From positions 64,629-128,628 of the forward strand of contig CALQLA020000001.1 in the NCBI GenBank assembly GCA_943331295.2: a DNA stretch of 64,000 nucleotides, read 5' to 3'. A program made the position numbers and the translations under genes. Below the pieces are notes generated by a model. That model searched no databases. It saw only the letters and a program-made list of their open reading frames with translations, and was not told the DNA's origin. Source of the DNA: Bordetella parapertussis (GTDB lineage Bacteria; Pseudomonadota; Gammaproteobacteria; Burkholderiales; Casimicrobiaceae). Below are positions 50,349 to 59,373 of the stretch, piece by piece; positions within the stretch are counted from its first letter, which is position 1, and every line of letters begins with the position of its first letter.

Positions 50349-52658
50349 TCAGATCGTCAGCTTGCGCAGCAGCTCGGGATTGGTCGTGACCGCCCGCTGC
50401 CGCGACGGCGGCGCAGCGTAGAGCGACGCCGGCGGATAGGTCTCGAACCGCTCCCTGACGGCGGGGACGTCGCAGGCACCCGCGAACGTCACCGCGACGT
50501 CGCCGCCGGTGACAGCGCCGAGCGCGAAGCACGCCTGGCCGAGCTTGTCGTTCAACGGCTTCAGCACGCCACTGGCGACGCGCTCGCCGGCCGGCCCGGA
50601 CCCCGCCAGCGTCAGGTCGACCGCCTTGCCGGCTTCCGGCCAGCGCGGCGCCAGCGCGATCACCGCGGGCAGACCGATGATCTCGCGGCGCAACAGCGCC
50701 TCGGTCGCCGCGTCGGGCAGCCCGTCGATGGTCACGCGCACCGGCAGGCCGGCAACCACGAGATGGCGCAAGAAGAATTCGCGCGAGAACGCGTCGGCGA
50801 TGCGGCCGCCGACCGCCTTCAGCGCCTCCTCCTCGGACGCCCAGCTGCCGGCGGCCTTCGGCAGCGTCGTGTCGAAGTAGATCTCCTCGCCCGTCTCGCG
50901 GTCGATGCACTTGATCGTCCACGACGTCAGCGCGAACTTGGTGATGACGAGGCCGGAGGCTTCCAGCCGCGTCGACAGCCGACGGAACATCACTTCGCCC
51001 TGAACGGCGAAATCAGCCCCCTTGCGTCCGGCGTCCGTCGGCGCGCCGTCCTCGGACCAGGTGCGAAAGCCGAACGACCGGATGTGCTCCTTGATGACGT
51101 TCTCGGCTACCGGCGATGCCCGCGGGGGCGCGTCGGGCGCGTCGGCGGCGCGAACGAGGATCCGCACCGACACCTTCGGGTCGCCCTGCGCGCGGATGAA
51201 TTCGATGCGCTCGTCGCGCGACATCTGGTTGAGCGACTTCTGCAGCGCCTTGACGTTGACCACCGCCTCGGTGGTGATCGACATCAGCCCGTCCTTGCCG
51301 AGTTGCGGCGTGCCCTGTGCAACGACACGGGTGATGAAGCGGTCGCTGTTGGCGAGCAGCCGGTCGCTGACCGCGTCGTAGTTGCGGGCGAGCGACTTGT
51401 CGTCGACCATCAGCCCGAGCGCCTTCAGGACGACCTGCCGGTTCGACGCTGCGCGCAGGCCGGCCTGCCGCTGCGCATCGTCGCCGTGGAACCGGGCGTC
51501 GTTCGGATCGATGAGGCCGACGGCGGCGACGGTGACGGTGCCGGGCTCGGCGGCCGCGGGTGCGGGCGCTGCCGCAGTTGCCGCCGGCGGCGCGGCGCTG
51601 CCGCCGGCCACCGCGACGGGCGCGGTGGTCTGTGCCTTCGCGGAAACGGCCGCCGGCGCCGCGGCATCGGGCGCCCGGTGGACGGCGAACCACGCGGCGG
51701 CGACGAGCCCGATCGCGACCACGCCCGCCGCAACCGCGATGCCGGCGGTCGCGCGGCGCTTCGGCGGCACGCCGCCTTCTGCCCCTGCCGACGCGGCGGC
51801 CGCGACGTCGATCCGCGTGACGTCGGTGCCGGCGGCCGCGTCGCTCGCGCCCGCCGCGGCAAGCGCCCCGGCGAACGCTTCCGCCGTCGGGTAGCGGTCC
51901 TCCGGGCGCTTCGCGAGCGCGCGCCGGATCACCGCATCGAACGCCTCGGTCACCTGCGGGTTGAGCGCCGACGGCGGCAGCGGCTCCTCCTTCAGCACCT
52001 TCTGCACCGTGGTCGTGGCCGTGCCGGAGAACGGCCGGTCGCCGGTCAGGAACTGGTAGAGGACCACGCCGGCGGAAAAGAGATCCGCGCGGCCATCGAC
52101 GGGCAGGCCCAGGATCTGCTCGGGCGCCATGTAGCTCGGCGTGCCGAGCACGGTGCCGACCTGCGTCAACTCCGACGCTTCGACGTGCGCGATGCCGAAG
52201 TCGGCAACCTTCACCGCGCCGTCCGGAAGCAGGATCACGTTGGCGGGCTTGATGTCCCGGTGCACCACGCCCTGCCGGTGCGAGTAGCCGAGCGCGGCGA
52301 GGATCTGCGCCATGATGGAGAGCACCTCGCGCGGCCGGAAGCGCTGGCCGGCGTCGAAGCAATCCTTGAGCGACCGGCCGGCGACGAACTCCATCGCGAT
52401 GAACCAGGTGCCCGCGTCCTCGCCGAATTCGTGGATCGCGACGACGTTGGGGTGCGACAGGCGGCCCGCGGCCTGCGCCTCGCGCCGGAAGCGGGCGATG
52501 ATCTCCGCCGCGGCGTCGCCCTGCAACTGGTCGGCGCGGATCGTCTTCAGCGCGACGACGCGCTGGATCATCGGGTCGTAGCCTTCGTAGACCACGCCCA
52601 TGGCGCCCTGCCCCAGCTCGCGCCGGATTTCGTACTTGCCGAGCCGCTCCGGAATCAT
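50349..52658 (-). CDS. membrane-anchored Hanks-type Ser/Thr protein kinase with a ~440-aa extracytoplasmic C-terminal domain
   Basis: Motifs GQGAMGVV, VALK, HRDIKPAN (52239-52262), DFG and GTPSYMAPE. One TM helix (GIAVAAGVVAIGLVAAAWFAV, about 51681-51746). An Ala/Pro linker is followed by a large non-kinase domain. Confidence 0.9.
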   Translation of the reverse strand: MIPERLGKYEIRRELGQGAMGVVYEGYDPMIQRVVALKTIRADQLQGDAAAEIIARFRREAQAAGRLSHPNVVAIHEFGEDAGTWFIAMEFVAGRSLKDCFDAGQRFRPREVLSIMAQILAALGYSHRQGVVHRDIKPANVILLPDGAVKVADFGIAHVEASELTQVGTVLGTPSYMAPEQILGLPVDGRADLFSAGVVLYQFLTGDRPFSGTATTTVQKVLKEEPLPPSALNPQVTEAFDAVIRRALAKRPEDRYPTAEAFAGALAAAGASDAAAGTDVTRIDVAAAASAGAEGGVPPKRRATAGIAVAAGVVAIGLVAAAWFAVHRAPDAAAPAAVSAKAQTTAPVAVAGGSAAPPAATAAAPAPAAAEPGTVTVAAVGLIDPNDARFHGDDAQRQAGLRAASNRQVVLKALGLMVDDKSLARNYDAVSDRLLANSDRFITRVVAQGTPQLGKDGLMSITTEAVVNVKALQKSLNQMSRDERIEFIRAQGDPKVSVRILVRAADAPDAPPRASPVAENVIKEHIRSFGFRTWSEDGAPTDAGRKGADFAVQGEVMFRRLSTRLEASGLVITKFALTSWTIKCIDRETGEEIYFDTTLPKAAGSWASEEEALKAVGGRIADAFSREFFLRHLVVAGLPVRVTIDGLPDAATEALLRREIIGLPAVIALAPRWPEAGKAVDLTLAGSGPAGERVASGVLKPLNDKLGQACFALGAVTGGDVAVTFAGACDVPAVRERFETYPPASLYAAPPSRQRAVTTNPELLRKLTI

Positions 52659-52668
52659 CGTTGGCGGC

Positions 52669-53514
52669 TCACTTGTACTTGTTGTCGATCTCCCACACCG
52701 ACTTCTGGATCAGCCGCTGCACCATCGTGTCCAGTGAAACGCCGCCCTGCTGCGAGTTGTGGACGCCGAGCACTGCCGTCGCCGTGGCGCCGACCTCCAT
52801 CTTCTCCTCGGTATAGCCGGTCGCGACCTGCTCGGTGGTCTCGGCGTTGATCACCTTGTAGCGCATGCCGATGATCCAGACGCCGCTCGACTCGCCGGTC
52901 TGCACCGAGCCGATCCCGGCGCCGGCGACCGTCCCGGCCTGCGCGCCGCCGCGGGAGCCGCTGAAGACCCCGAGGAGCCCCGCCATCTGGCCCAGCGCGC
53001 GGCCGTCGAACCCCGACTGCGCCGCCGCCACCTGCTCGGTCTTCAGGATGTCGAACTTGATGATGTACTTGGTGCTCTTCAGCTTGCCCATGCGCAGGAA
53101 CTTGCGCGCCGCTTCCGGGTCGCCCAGGTTGTAGGCCAGCGTGAACTCGTTGAGGATCGGCCCCAGGTTCGAGCGTTCGAGCACCGGAAAGTTGGCGGCA
53201 GACAGTTCGATCTCCGCGAAGTCGGCGATGTTGTTGCTGGTGAACTTCTGGTTGAACGTGGCGTTGCTGCTCTTGATCTCGCCGGGCAGCACGATCAGCG
53301 CCGGCCCCTTCTTGTTCGCATTGGTGTACTCGACCGGCCGATAGGCGGCGCGGTCGGCGGCCTCGTTGGCCTTCTGCGACGTCGTGCCGCCGGTGTTGGG
53401 CGACGGACTGCTCTCGGCGCCCCACTTGGGCTGCGCGAGCGCGGCCGCCGCCGAGGCGGCGAACGCGATGCCGAGCGAGGCACGCATCAGCGTGCGAAGG
53501 TAGTTGACTTGCAT
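52669..53514 (-). CDS. CsgG-like secreted protein (no lipobox cysteine)
   Basis: ATG 53514 with an AAGGAG RBS. Signal peptide ends AAALAQ. The segments FPVLERSNLGPILNEF, KYIIKFDILK and WIIGMRYKVINAETTEQV align by eye with CsgG (FIPLERQGLQNLLNER..., IAVNLRVVNVSTGEIL). Confidence 0.6.
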   Translation of the reverse strand: MQVNYLRTLMRASLGIAFAASAAAALAQPKWGAESSPSPNTGGTTSQKANEAADRAAYRPVEYTNANKKGPALIVLPGEIKSSNATFNQKFTSNNIADFAEIELSAANFPVLERSNLGPILNEFTLAYNLGDPEAARKFLRMGKLKSTKYIIKFDILKTEQVAAAQSGFDGRALGQMAGLLGVFSGSRGGAQAGTVAGAGIGSVQTGESSGVWIIGMRYKVINAETTEQVATGYTEEKMEVGATATAVLGVHNSQQGGVSLDTMVQRLIQKSVWEIDNKYK

Positions 53515-53554
53515 GGCCTTTGCTCCTTTGTGAGTCGAACCCGCGCGCGCCGCG

Positions 53555-54253
53555 CTACTTTCCCCGTGGGCGGCCAGCCGGCGCGAGGCCGGCGCCCGTG
53601 CAATAGTCGGCATAGAGCCTGGCGACGACGTCGTCGGCGTTCTCGTTGACCAGCGTCAGCGCCATCGCCGCTACGTCGGCGCCCGAGTACGAGGCGGAAT
53701 GGGCCGACGCGTCGGAGATGACGCGCCCGCCGGCCTCCGACAGCGTGAAGCCCATCGTGACCGCGACCTGGTTGACCCGCATCACCGGGTTGACGGTCGC
53801 ATCCGCGGTGATCAGCCCGCGCAGCACGAAGCTGGCGCCCAGCCGCTTGGCCGCGGCCAGCGCGGCGTCGGGGTCGTTCCGGAAATACGCGTCGATCTCC
53901 GCCTGCGCGATCTGCTTGCGGATATCCTCGGGCGTATAGGTGGCGAGACCCAGCGCGCGCAGGCGGCCGTTGATTGCCTGGAAGTGCGGGCCGTAGTTCT
54001 GCTGCCGGGCGTCGATGTAGCCGTTGCCCTGTCGCTCGCCGATGATGACGACGATCTTCCTGTTCTTCAGTTCGGCGCGGCACGGGGTCGACAGTTGCTG
54101 CGCGACCTGCCGCTGCCGGGCCGCGTCGGCGGCGGCCTCGTCAGGCTCGGGTTGCGAGAACCGGAACCCCTGCTGCGCCAAGCCGGACCCTCCGCCCAGC
54201 ATCGAGCAGAGTCCAAGCAGCAGGACGGCAATACGGCAGCGCATCGGCGGCAT
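53555..54253 (-). CDS. secreted hypothetical protein with an LpoB/CsgG-like alpha/beta pattern
   Basis: Signal peptide (RIAVLLLGLCSMLGGGSGLAQ; LGLC is a poor lipobox). Pattern KIVVIIGERQ...LGASFVLRGLITADATV...MGFTLSEAGGRVI. Confidence 0.55.
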   Translation of the reverse strand: MPPMRCRIAVLLLGLCSMLGGGSGLAQQGFRFSQPEPDEAAADAARQRQVAQQLSTPCRAELKNRKIVVIIGERQGNGYIDARQQNYGPHFQAINGRLRALGLATYTPEDIRKQIAQAEIDAYFRNDPDAALAAAKRLGASFVLRGLITADATVNPVMRVNQVAVTMGFTLSEAGGRVISDASAHSASYSGADVAAMALTLVNENADDVVARLYADYCTGAGLAPAGRPRGK

Positions 54254-54273
54254 CGGCAGTCGGGATGTCCCCG

Positions 54274-54279
54274 ATTATA
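54274..54279 (-). promoter_or_regulatory. perfect TATAAT (minus strand) just upstream of the three-gene kinase cluster
   Basis: The plus-strand attata at 54274-54279 reads TATAAT on the coding strand, 21 nt upstream of ATG 54253. No good -35 at canonical spacing. Confidence 0.3.
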
Positions 54280-54319
54280 CGGTGCATGCCAACGCCATAA
54301 TGCACGAGCGGCGGAAAAA

Positions 54320-55336
54320 TCAGTGCGCGACGCGTCCGGCCATCTCCGCCGCCAGCAGCACGGCCGCGCGGGTGGCGCCGATGTTGGCCACGCCCTTGCC
54401 GGCGATCTCGTAGGCGGTGCCGTGCGCGGGCGTGCAGATCGGGAACGGAAAGCCGCCGAGCAGCGTGACACCGCGGTCGAAGCCCATCAGCTTCATCGCG
54501 ATCTGCCCCTGGTCGTGGTACATCGTCAGCACCGCGTCGAAGGCGCCGCTCCTCGCCCGGACGAACACCGTGTCGGCCGGATACGGCCCGTCGGCCGGGA
54601 TGCCCTGCGAGCGCGCCCGCGCCACGGCCGGCGCGATCACGTCGATCTCCTCCCGTCCGAAATTGCCGCCGTCGCCGGCGTGCGGGTTCAGCGCGGCCAC
54701 GGCGATCCGCGGCGGGTCGAAGCCGGCCGCGCGCAGCGATTCCGCGGCCAGCGCCAGCGCGTTGACGATCGCGTCGACGGTGATGAGCTTCGATACCGCC
54801 GACAGGGGCACGTGCGACGTGACGCGGGCGTTCCAGATCCGGTCGAGGATGTTGAACTCGGTGGCTGCCGTCGCAGTGCCCAGCGCGTCGGCGGTGAAGC
54901 GGATCTCGTCGTCGTACGACGCCAGCGCGAGCCGCATCGCCTGCTTGTTGAACGGCGTGAAGCAGACTGCATGCGCCTGCCCCGACTGCACGAGCTTCAG
55001 CGCGTGGCGGTAGTTGGCGAGCGCGAACGCGCCGCCCGCCCGCGTCGCGACAGCGCGCTCGATGCTGGCCGGGTCGAGGTGCTGCAGGTCGACGAAGACG
55101 GGCCGCTCGCGCTGGCCGGGGACCGGGTCGGCGGCGGCGATCACTTCGACGTCGGGCGTCACGCCGGCCACCCGCGCTCCTTCGTCGAAGACCCGCCTGT
55201 CGCCGATCACGACGAGATGGGCTGCCGCCCGGATCTCGTCCATCGCGGCGACCTTCGCGGTCAGCTCGGGGCTGATTCCCGCGGGATCGCCCATCGCCAG
55301 TGCGATCACCGGCTTGTTGGCTGCATCTGTGTTCAC
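54320..55336 (-). CDS. PdxA-family NAD-dependent 4-hydroxy(threonine/threonate)-4-phosphate dehydrogenase (PdxA2-like)
   Basis: GTG start at 55336 preceded by GGAG. Motifs IALAMGDPAGISPEL, VAALNPHAGDGG and TPAHGTAYEIAGKG. Confidence 0.85.
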   Translation of the reverse strand: MNTDAANKPVIALAMGDPAGISPELTAKVAAMDEIRAAAHLVVIGDRRVFDEGARVAGVTPDVEVIAAADPVPGQRERPVFVDLQHLDPASIERAVATRAGGAFALANYRHALKLVQSGQAHAVCFTPFNKQAMRLALASYDDEIRFTADALGTATAATEFNILDRIWNARVTSHVPLSAVSKLITVDAIVNALALAAESLRAAGFDPPRIAVAALNPHAGDGGNFGREEIDVIAPAVARARSQGIPADGPYPADTVFVRARSGAFDAVLTMYHDQGQIAMKLMGFDRGVTLLGGFPFPICTPAHGTAYEIAGKGVANIGATRAAVLLAAEMAGRVAH

Positions 55337-55401
55337 TGCGGTCTCCAGGAGTTGGGCACGGGCGTCCGATGTGCGGGTCCCGGCGAAAAAGAGGCCCCGG
55401 G

Positions 55402-55479
55402 TCAGGGACCGACGGCAAGGCGCGGAATCCAGGTCGTCAGACCCGGAATATAGGTGATCAGGAGCAGCGTCGCCAGCAT
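55402..55479 (-). pseudogene. possible relic of a TRAP large-permease (DctM) C-terminus
   Basis: The 25-codon frame MLATLLLITYIPGLTTWIPRLAVGP* resembles typical DctM C-terminal tails (..TY.P.L..WLPRLL). It has an in-frame stop 12 codons upstream and no body of the gene. Confidence 0.3.
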
Positions 55480-55519
55480 TCCGGCGCCTCCACGAACCGA
55501 AGCGTGGACGCGTCACCCT

Positions 55520-56449
55520 TCACTGCATCGCGTAGATGCGGATCGCATTGTCGTGGAACAGGCCGCGCCGCTCGTCCGGTGCGAGATCCGCCACGATCGC
55601 GGCAAAGCCGCCGAAGATGGTCGGCAGGCTCGCGCAGACGCTGTCGACCGGGAAATTGCTGCCGAACATGCAGCGCGACGGGCCGAAGAGATCGATCACC
55701 GTCCGCACGATGTCGCCGTTGGCCGCCACGGTCCACGCGGCGCCCGGCTGGCCAAGGCCCGAGATCTTGACCGCGACGTTGGGGTGGCGGGCAAATGCCG
55801 CCATGGCCCGCCGCCAGCCGGCGAGGCCTTCCGCGCTGCGGTCGGACGGCAGGCCCGTGTGGTTGAGGATGATCTGCGTCTGCCCAAAGTCCGCCGCCAG
55901 GCGGCCTGCTTCGCCCAAGTGCCACCACGGCGTCTGGAGGTCGAAGCGGAGGCCGCTGGTCGCCAGCTCGGCGAAGCCGCGGCGCCAGCGGGCATCGGTC
56001 ATCCCGCCCGGCGCGGCGTCGCCGGGCGCGCGGTTGGCGCGCGGCTTGTGCCGGACGCTGCGCACGAACGGGAATGCCGCCTGCGCCTCCAGCACGCGCG
56101 GCGCATCGTCGGCGTCGAGCCACGCTTGCGCCACGGCGACGGTAGGCAGCCCGTATTCGCGCCGCATGCCGTCGATGTAGCGCATCTCGCCGACGGGATC
56201 GCCCGGATCCCATTCGGCCTCGACGTAGACGGTCCGCACGACGCGAAACGGTGCCGCGTCGGCAAGATAGTCCGGCGGCAGGTACGAACGGCGGATCGCC
56301 CGGTAGTCGCCGTACCGGAACGGAACCGGCGGCTCGTCGCAGAGCCACGGGTAATAATTGCGCTGCGGCTCCCAGAAATGCTGGTGCGCGTCGACGATGG
56401 CCGACGGCATCGCCGCGGCGGGAATTGCCGCATCCGAATCTGATTCCAT
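55520..56449 (-). CDS. amidohydrolase-2 (PF04909-type) metal-dependent hydrolase
   Basis: Motifs IVDAHQHFW, IILNHTGLP and FGSNFPVD. Start is ATG 56449 after a GGAGG-like RBS, or alternatively 56410. Confidence 0.8.
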   Translation of the reverse strand: MESDSDAAIPAAAMPSAIVDAHQHFWEPQRNYYPWLCDEPPVPFRYGDYRAIRRSYLPPDYLADAAPFRVVRTVYVEAEWDPGDPVGEMRYIDGMRREYGLPTVAVAQAWLDADDAPRVLEAQAAFPFVRSVRHKPRANRAPGDAAPGGMTDARWRRGFAELATSGLRFDLQTPWWHLGEAGRLAADFGQTQIILNHTGLPSDRSAEGLAGWRRAMAAFARHPNVAVKISGLGQPGAAWTVAANGDIVRTVIDLFGPSRCMFGSNFPVDSVCASLPTIFGGFAAIVADLAPDERRGLFHDNAIRIYAMQ

Positions 56450-56721
56450 CCTCCCCTCCCGACACGACGCCCGGAAACCGGGCGGTGCGCTGCCTCCGAC
56501 GGCGTGCTTCGGCGCCGCGCGCGCGGCGGAGCGGTGGCGTCGCATCCGGCACGCGCGCCGATGCCGGCACGCTTTTCTGCCCGAGAGAGTGTAATGCATG
56601 GCGCAACGCCGCGTTCGCCGCGAATCAGCGATGGACGCGCCGCGCGCGAAGATGGAAAATTGCGTGCGTTTGACGACCCGGACCGGGATCGCGTCACGCC
56701 AGCAAGGGGAGAGGACCAGCG

Positions 56722-57711
56722 ATGAAACCGAAGCTGAGGTCGTGGTCGCGCGCATTGTGCAGCGCGCTGCTCGCGGGACCGGCGCTGCTGTTGGGCGCTG
56801 CGGCATACGGAGAGACCTGGCCCACGCAGACGATCCGGATCGTCGCGCCGGTGCCGCCGGGCGGCGGCGTCGACATCCTGTCGCGCGCGCTCGCGCAGAA
56901 GCTGACCGAGAGCCTGGGCGTATCGGTGGTCGTCGAGAACAAGGCCGGCGCCAGCGCGGTGGTCGGCACCGACTACGTCGCCAAGAGCGCGCCGGACGGC
57001 TACACGATGCTGATGGGCTATTCGGTGCTCGCGACCAACCGCTTCCTGCAGGCTTCGCTGCCCTACGACCTCGACCGCGACCTCACGCCGGTGATGAACG
57101 TGGGCTACATCCCGCTGATCCTCGTCACGCAGCCGTCGTTCCCGGCCAACAGCGTCAAGGAGCTGATCGCGCTCGCGAAGGCCAAGCCCGGCCAGCTGTC
57201 CTACGCGTCGGGCGGTGCCGGCGCGGGCGCGCACCTGTCGGGCGAGCTCTTCAAGAGCCTCGCCGGCGTCGACATCGCCCACGTCCCGTACAAGGGCAAC
57301 GCGCCGGCATTGAACGACGTCCTCGGCGGCCACGTGCAGATCATGTTCGACACGATCACCACGTCGCTGCCGCACGTGAAGGCCGGCAAGCTGAAGGGCC
57401 TTGCCACCACCGGGGCCAAGCGCTCGCCGCTCGCGCCCGACCTGCCGACGATGATCGAGGCCGGGCTGCCGACCTTCGAGATCAGCGCGTGGTACATGCT
57501 GTTCATCCCGAAGAAGACGCCGAAGGAGATCATCACCAAGCTCAACGTGGCGCTCAATGCGGCGATCGCCGATCCGGAGGTCGTCAAGCGGATGGGCGCG
57601 CAGGGCGTCACGTTCGTCGGCGGCACGCCGGAGCAGGCCGAGTCGTTCCTGCAGAGCGAGATCACGCAGTGGGGCAACCTGATCCGCAAGGCCGGCATCA
57701 AGGCGGAATGA
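56722..57711 (+). CDS. Bug-family tripartite tricarboxylate transporter substrate-binding protein (TctC)
   Basis: Signal peptide. Typical Bug motifs (WPTQTIRIVAPVPPGGGVDILSR, YASGGAGAGAHLSGE, PYKGNAPALNDVLGGHV). Confidence 0.9.
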   Translation: MKPKLRSWSRALCSALLAGPALLLGAAAYGETWPTQTIRIVAPVPPGGGVDILSRALAQKLTESLGVSVVVENKAGASAVVGTDYVAKSAPDGYTMLMGYSVLATNRFLQASLPYDLDRDLTPVMNVGYIPLILVTQPSFPANSVKELIALAKAKPGQLSYASGGAGAGAHLSGELFKSLAGVDIAHVPYKGNAPALNDVLGGHVQIMFDTITTSLPHVKAGKLKGLATTGAKRSPLAPDLPTMIEAGLPTFEISAWYMLFIPKKTPKEIITKLNVALNAAIADPEVVKRMGAQGVTFVGGTPEQAESFLQSEITQWGNLIRKAGIKAE

Positions 57712-58580
57712 CGATGCGCCTCTTCGACGTCCACTCGCACTGGGGCACCGAGCGCGGCTACGTGCTGCGCTCGCCCGAGGCGCTCGCCCTGCAGAAGACG
57801 ACCTGGAACTCGACGCCGCGCTACGACACCGAGGACGAGATGGCGGCGTACTTCCGCGCCAACGACGTCCGCGCGATCCTCGACTTCGGGTTCACGAAAT
57901 CGTTGCCGGTGGACGAGCTGGTCCCGCTGCACGACTACGCGATCGACGTGCAGCGGCGCTATCCGGACGTGATCCACGGCCACTGGCTCCAGATCGATCC
58001 GCGCCTCGGCCGGCGCGGCGCCGACGAACTCCAGCGCGTCATCGACGCCGGCGCCGGCTTCGCGAGCTATTGCGTGTCGGCCTCCGGGACGGGCTTCGCG
58101 GCGAGCGACCCGATCTACGGCCCGTTCTACGAGGTGGCACGGGCGGCGAACCGGCCGGTGCTCGTGCTGGTCGGCCACACGGGATCCGGCGCCGGCCTTC
58201 CCGGCGGTGGCGGCGTCAAGCTCGACCTCTGCCACCCGCGTTACGTCGACGAGCTGGCGATCGCCTACCCGGACATGAACATCATCTCCGGCCGGCCGGC
58301 GTGGCCGTGGCAGGACGAGATGATCTCGGTGCTGCTGCACAAGCCCAACGTCTGGTCCGAACTGCACGGCTGGTCGCCGAAGTACTTCACCGATGCGCTG
58401 AAGCGCGAAATCCGCGGCCGGCTGAAGGACCGCGTCATGTTCGGCGCCGACTACCCGCTGTTCCGCTACGAGCGCCTCGTCGCCGACTGGCGCGAGCTCG
58501 GCTACGACGACGCCATCCTCGCGCGCGCGTTCCACCGCAACGCCGAGGCGCTGTTCGGCGTTGCCGGCGCGGCGGCCTGA
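57708..58580 (+). CDS. amidohydrolase-2 family metal-dependent hydrolase
   Basis: ATGA overlap with tctC. Motifs [13 protein letters not shown] and FGADYP. Confidence 0.8.
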   Translation: MTMRLFDVHSHWGTERGYVLRSPEALALQKTTWNSTPRYDTEDEMAAYFRANDVRAILDFGFTKSLPVDELVPLHDYAIDVQRRYPDVIHGHWLQIDPRLGRRGADELQRVIDAGAGFASYCVSASGTGFAASDPIYGPFYEVARAANRPVLVLVGHTGSGAGLPGGGGVKLDLCHPRYVDELAIAYPDMNIISGRPAWPWQDEMISVLLHKPNVWSELHGWSPKYFTDALKREIRGRLKDRVMFGADYPLFRYERLVADWRELGYDDAILARAFHRNAEALFGVAGAAA

Positions 58581-58584
58581 CGCC

Positions 58585-59373
58585 GTGGACCTCTCCCTTG
58601 CGGGAAAGGCCGCGGTCGTCGGCGGCGCGAGCCAGGGCATCGGTTACGCGATCGCGCGGATGCTGGCGGCGGAAGGCGCCGCCGTCGCGATGGTCGCGCG
58701 CCGCAGCGAGCCGCTGGAGGCGGCCGTCCGGCGCGTGCGCGAGGAGACCGGCAGCCATGCCATCGCGATCGCTGCCGACATCCGGAAGGCGGCGGACTGC
58801 ACGCGGATCATCGAGGAAGCCGTCGCCGGCCTCGGCCGCCTCGACGTCCTCGTCAACAACGACGGCGCGCCGCCGCTGGGCGAACTGCAGTCGTTCGACG
58901 ACGCCGCCTGGGACCGTGCGGTCCAGCAGAACCTGATGAGCGTCGTGCGCCTCTCGCGCCTCGCGCTGCCGGAAATGGCGAAGGCCGGCGCCGGCCGGAT
59001 CGTCAACATCACGGCGCTCTCCACGCTGCAGCCGATGCCGCGCTTCGGCCTCGCAGTCGCCACCTGGGCCGGCGTGCTGGGCTATGCCAAGACGCTGTCG
59101 CTCGAAGTCGCGGCACAGGGCATCACGATCAACACCATCTGTCCCGGCCGCATCGCGACCGGGCGCCTTGCCAAGGTCTTCGGCGCCGCCGACCACGAAC
59201 CTGCGGCCGATGCGGCGCTGCAGGCCGAGATGGCGAAGGCCATCCCGATGCAACGGGTCGGCACGCCCGACGAAATCGCCGGCCTCGTTGCCTTCCTGGC
59301 GTCGCCGCACGCCGCCTACATCACCGGGAGCGTCTTCCACGTCGACGGTGGCCGCCGAGCGAGCCTGCTATGA
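58585..59373 (+). CDS. SDR-family oxidoreductase (atypical active-site region)
   Basis: GTG 58585. Motifs [23 protein letters not shown] and PGRI. A canonical YxxxK is not obvious at the expected spacing. Confidence 0.8.
   Translation: MDLSLAGKAAVVGGASQGIGYAIARMLAAEGAAVAMVARRSEPLEAAVRRVREETGSHAIAIAADIRKAADCTRIIEEAVAGLGRLDVLVNNDGAPPLGELQSFDDAAWDRAVQQNLMSVVRLSRLALPEMAKAGAGRIVNITALSTLQPMPRFGLAVATWAGVLGYAKTLSLEVAAQGITINTICPGRIATGRLAKVFGAADHEPAADAALQAEMAKAIPMQRVGTPDEIAGLVAFLASPHAAYITGSVFHVDGGRRASLL

Noticed and set aside
50349-52658. Ser/Thr kinase as a PpkA-type regulator of type VI secretion (threonine phosphorylation pathway).
   Set aside because: There is no Fha, PppA phosphatase, TagQRST-like set or any T6SS structural gene in the window. 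The ectodomain does not look like the PpkA vWA domain.
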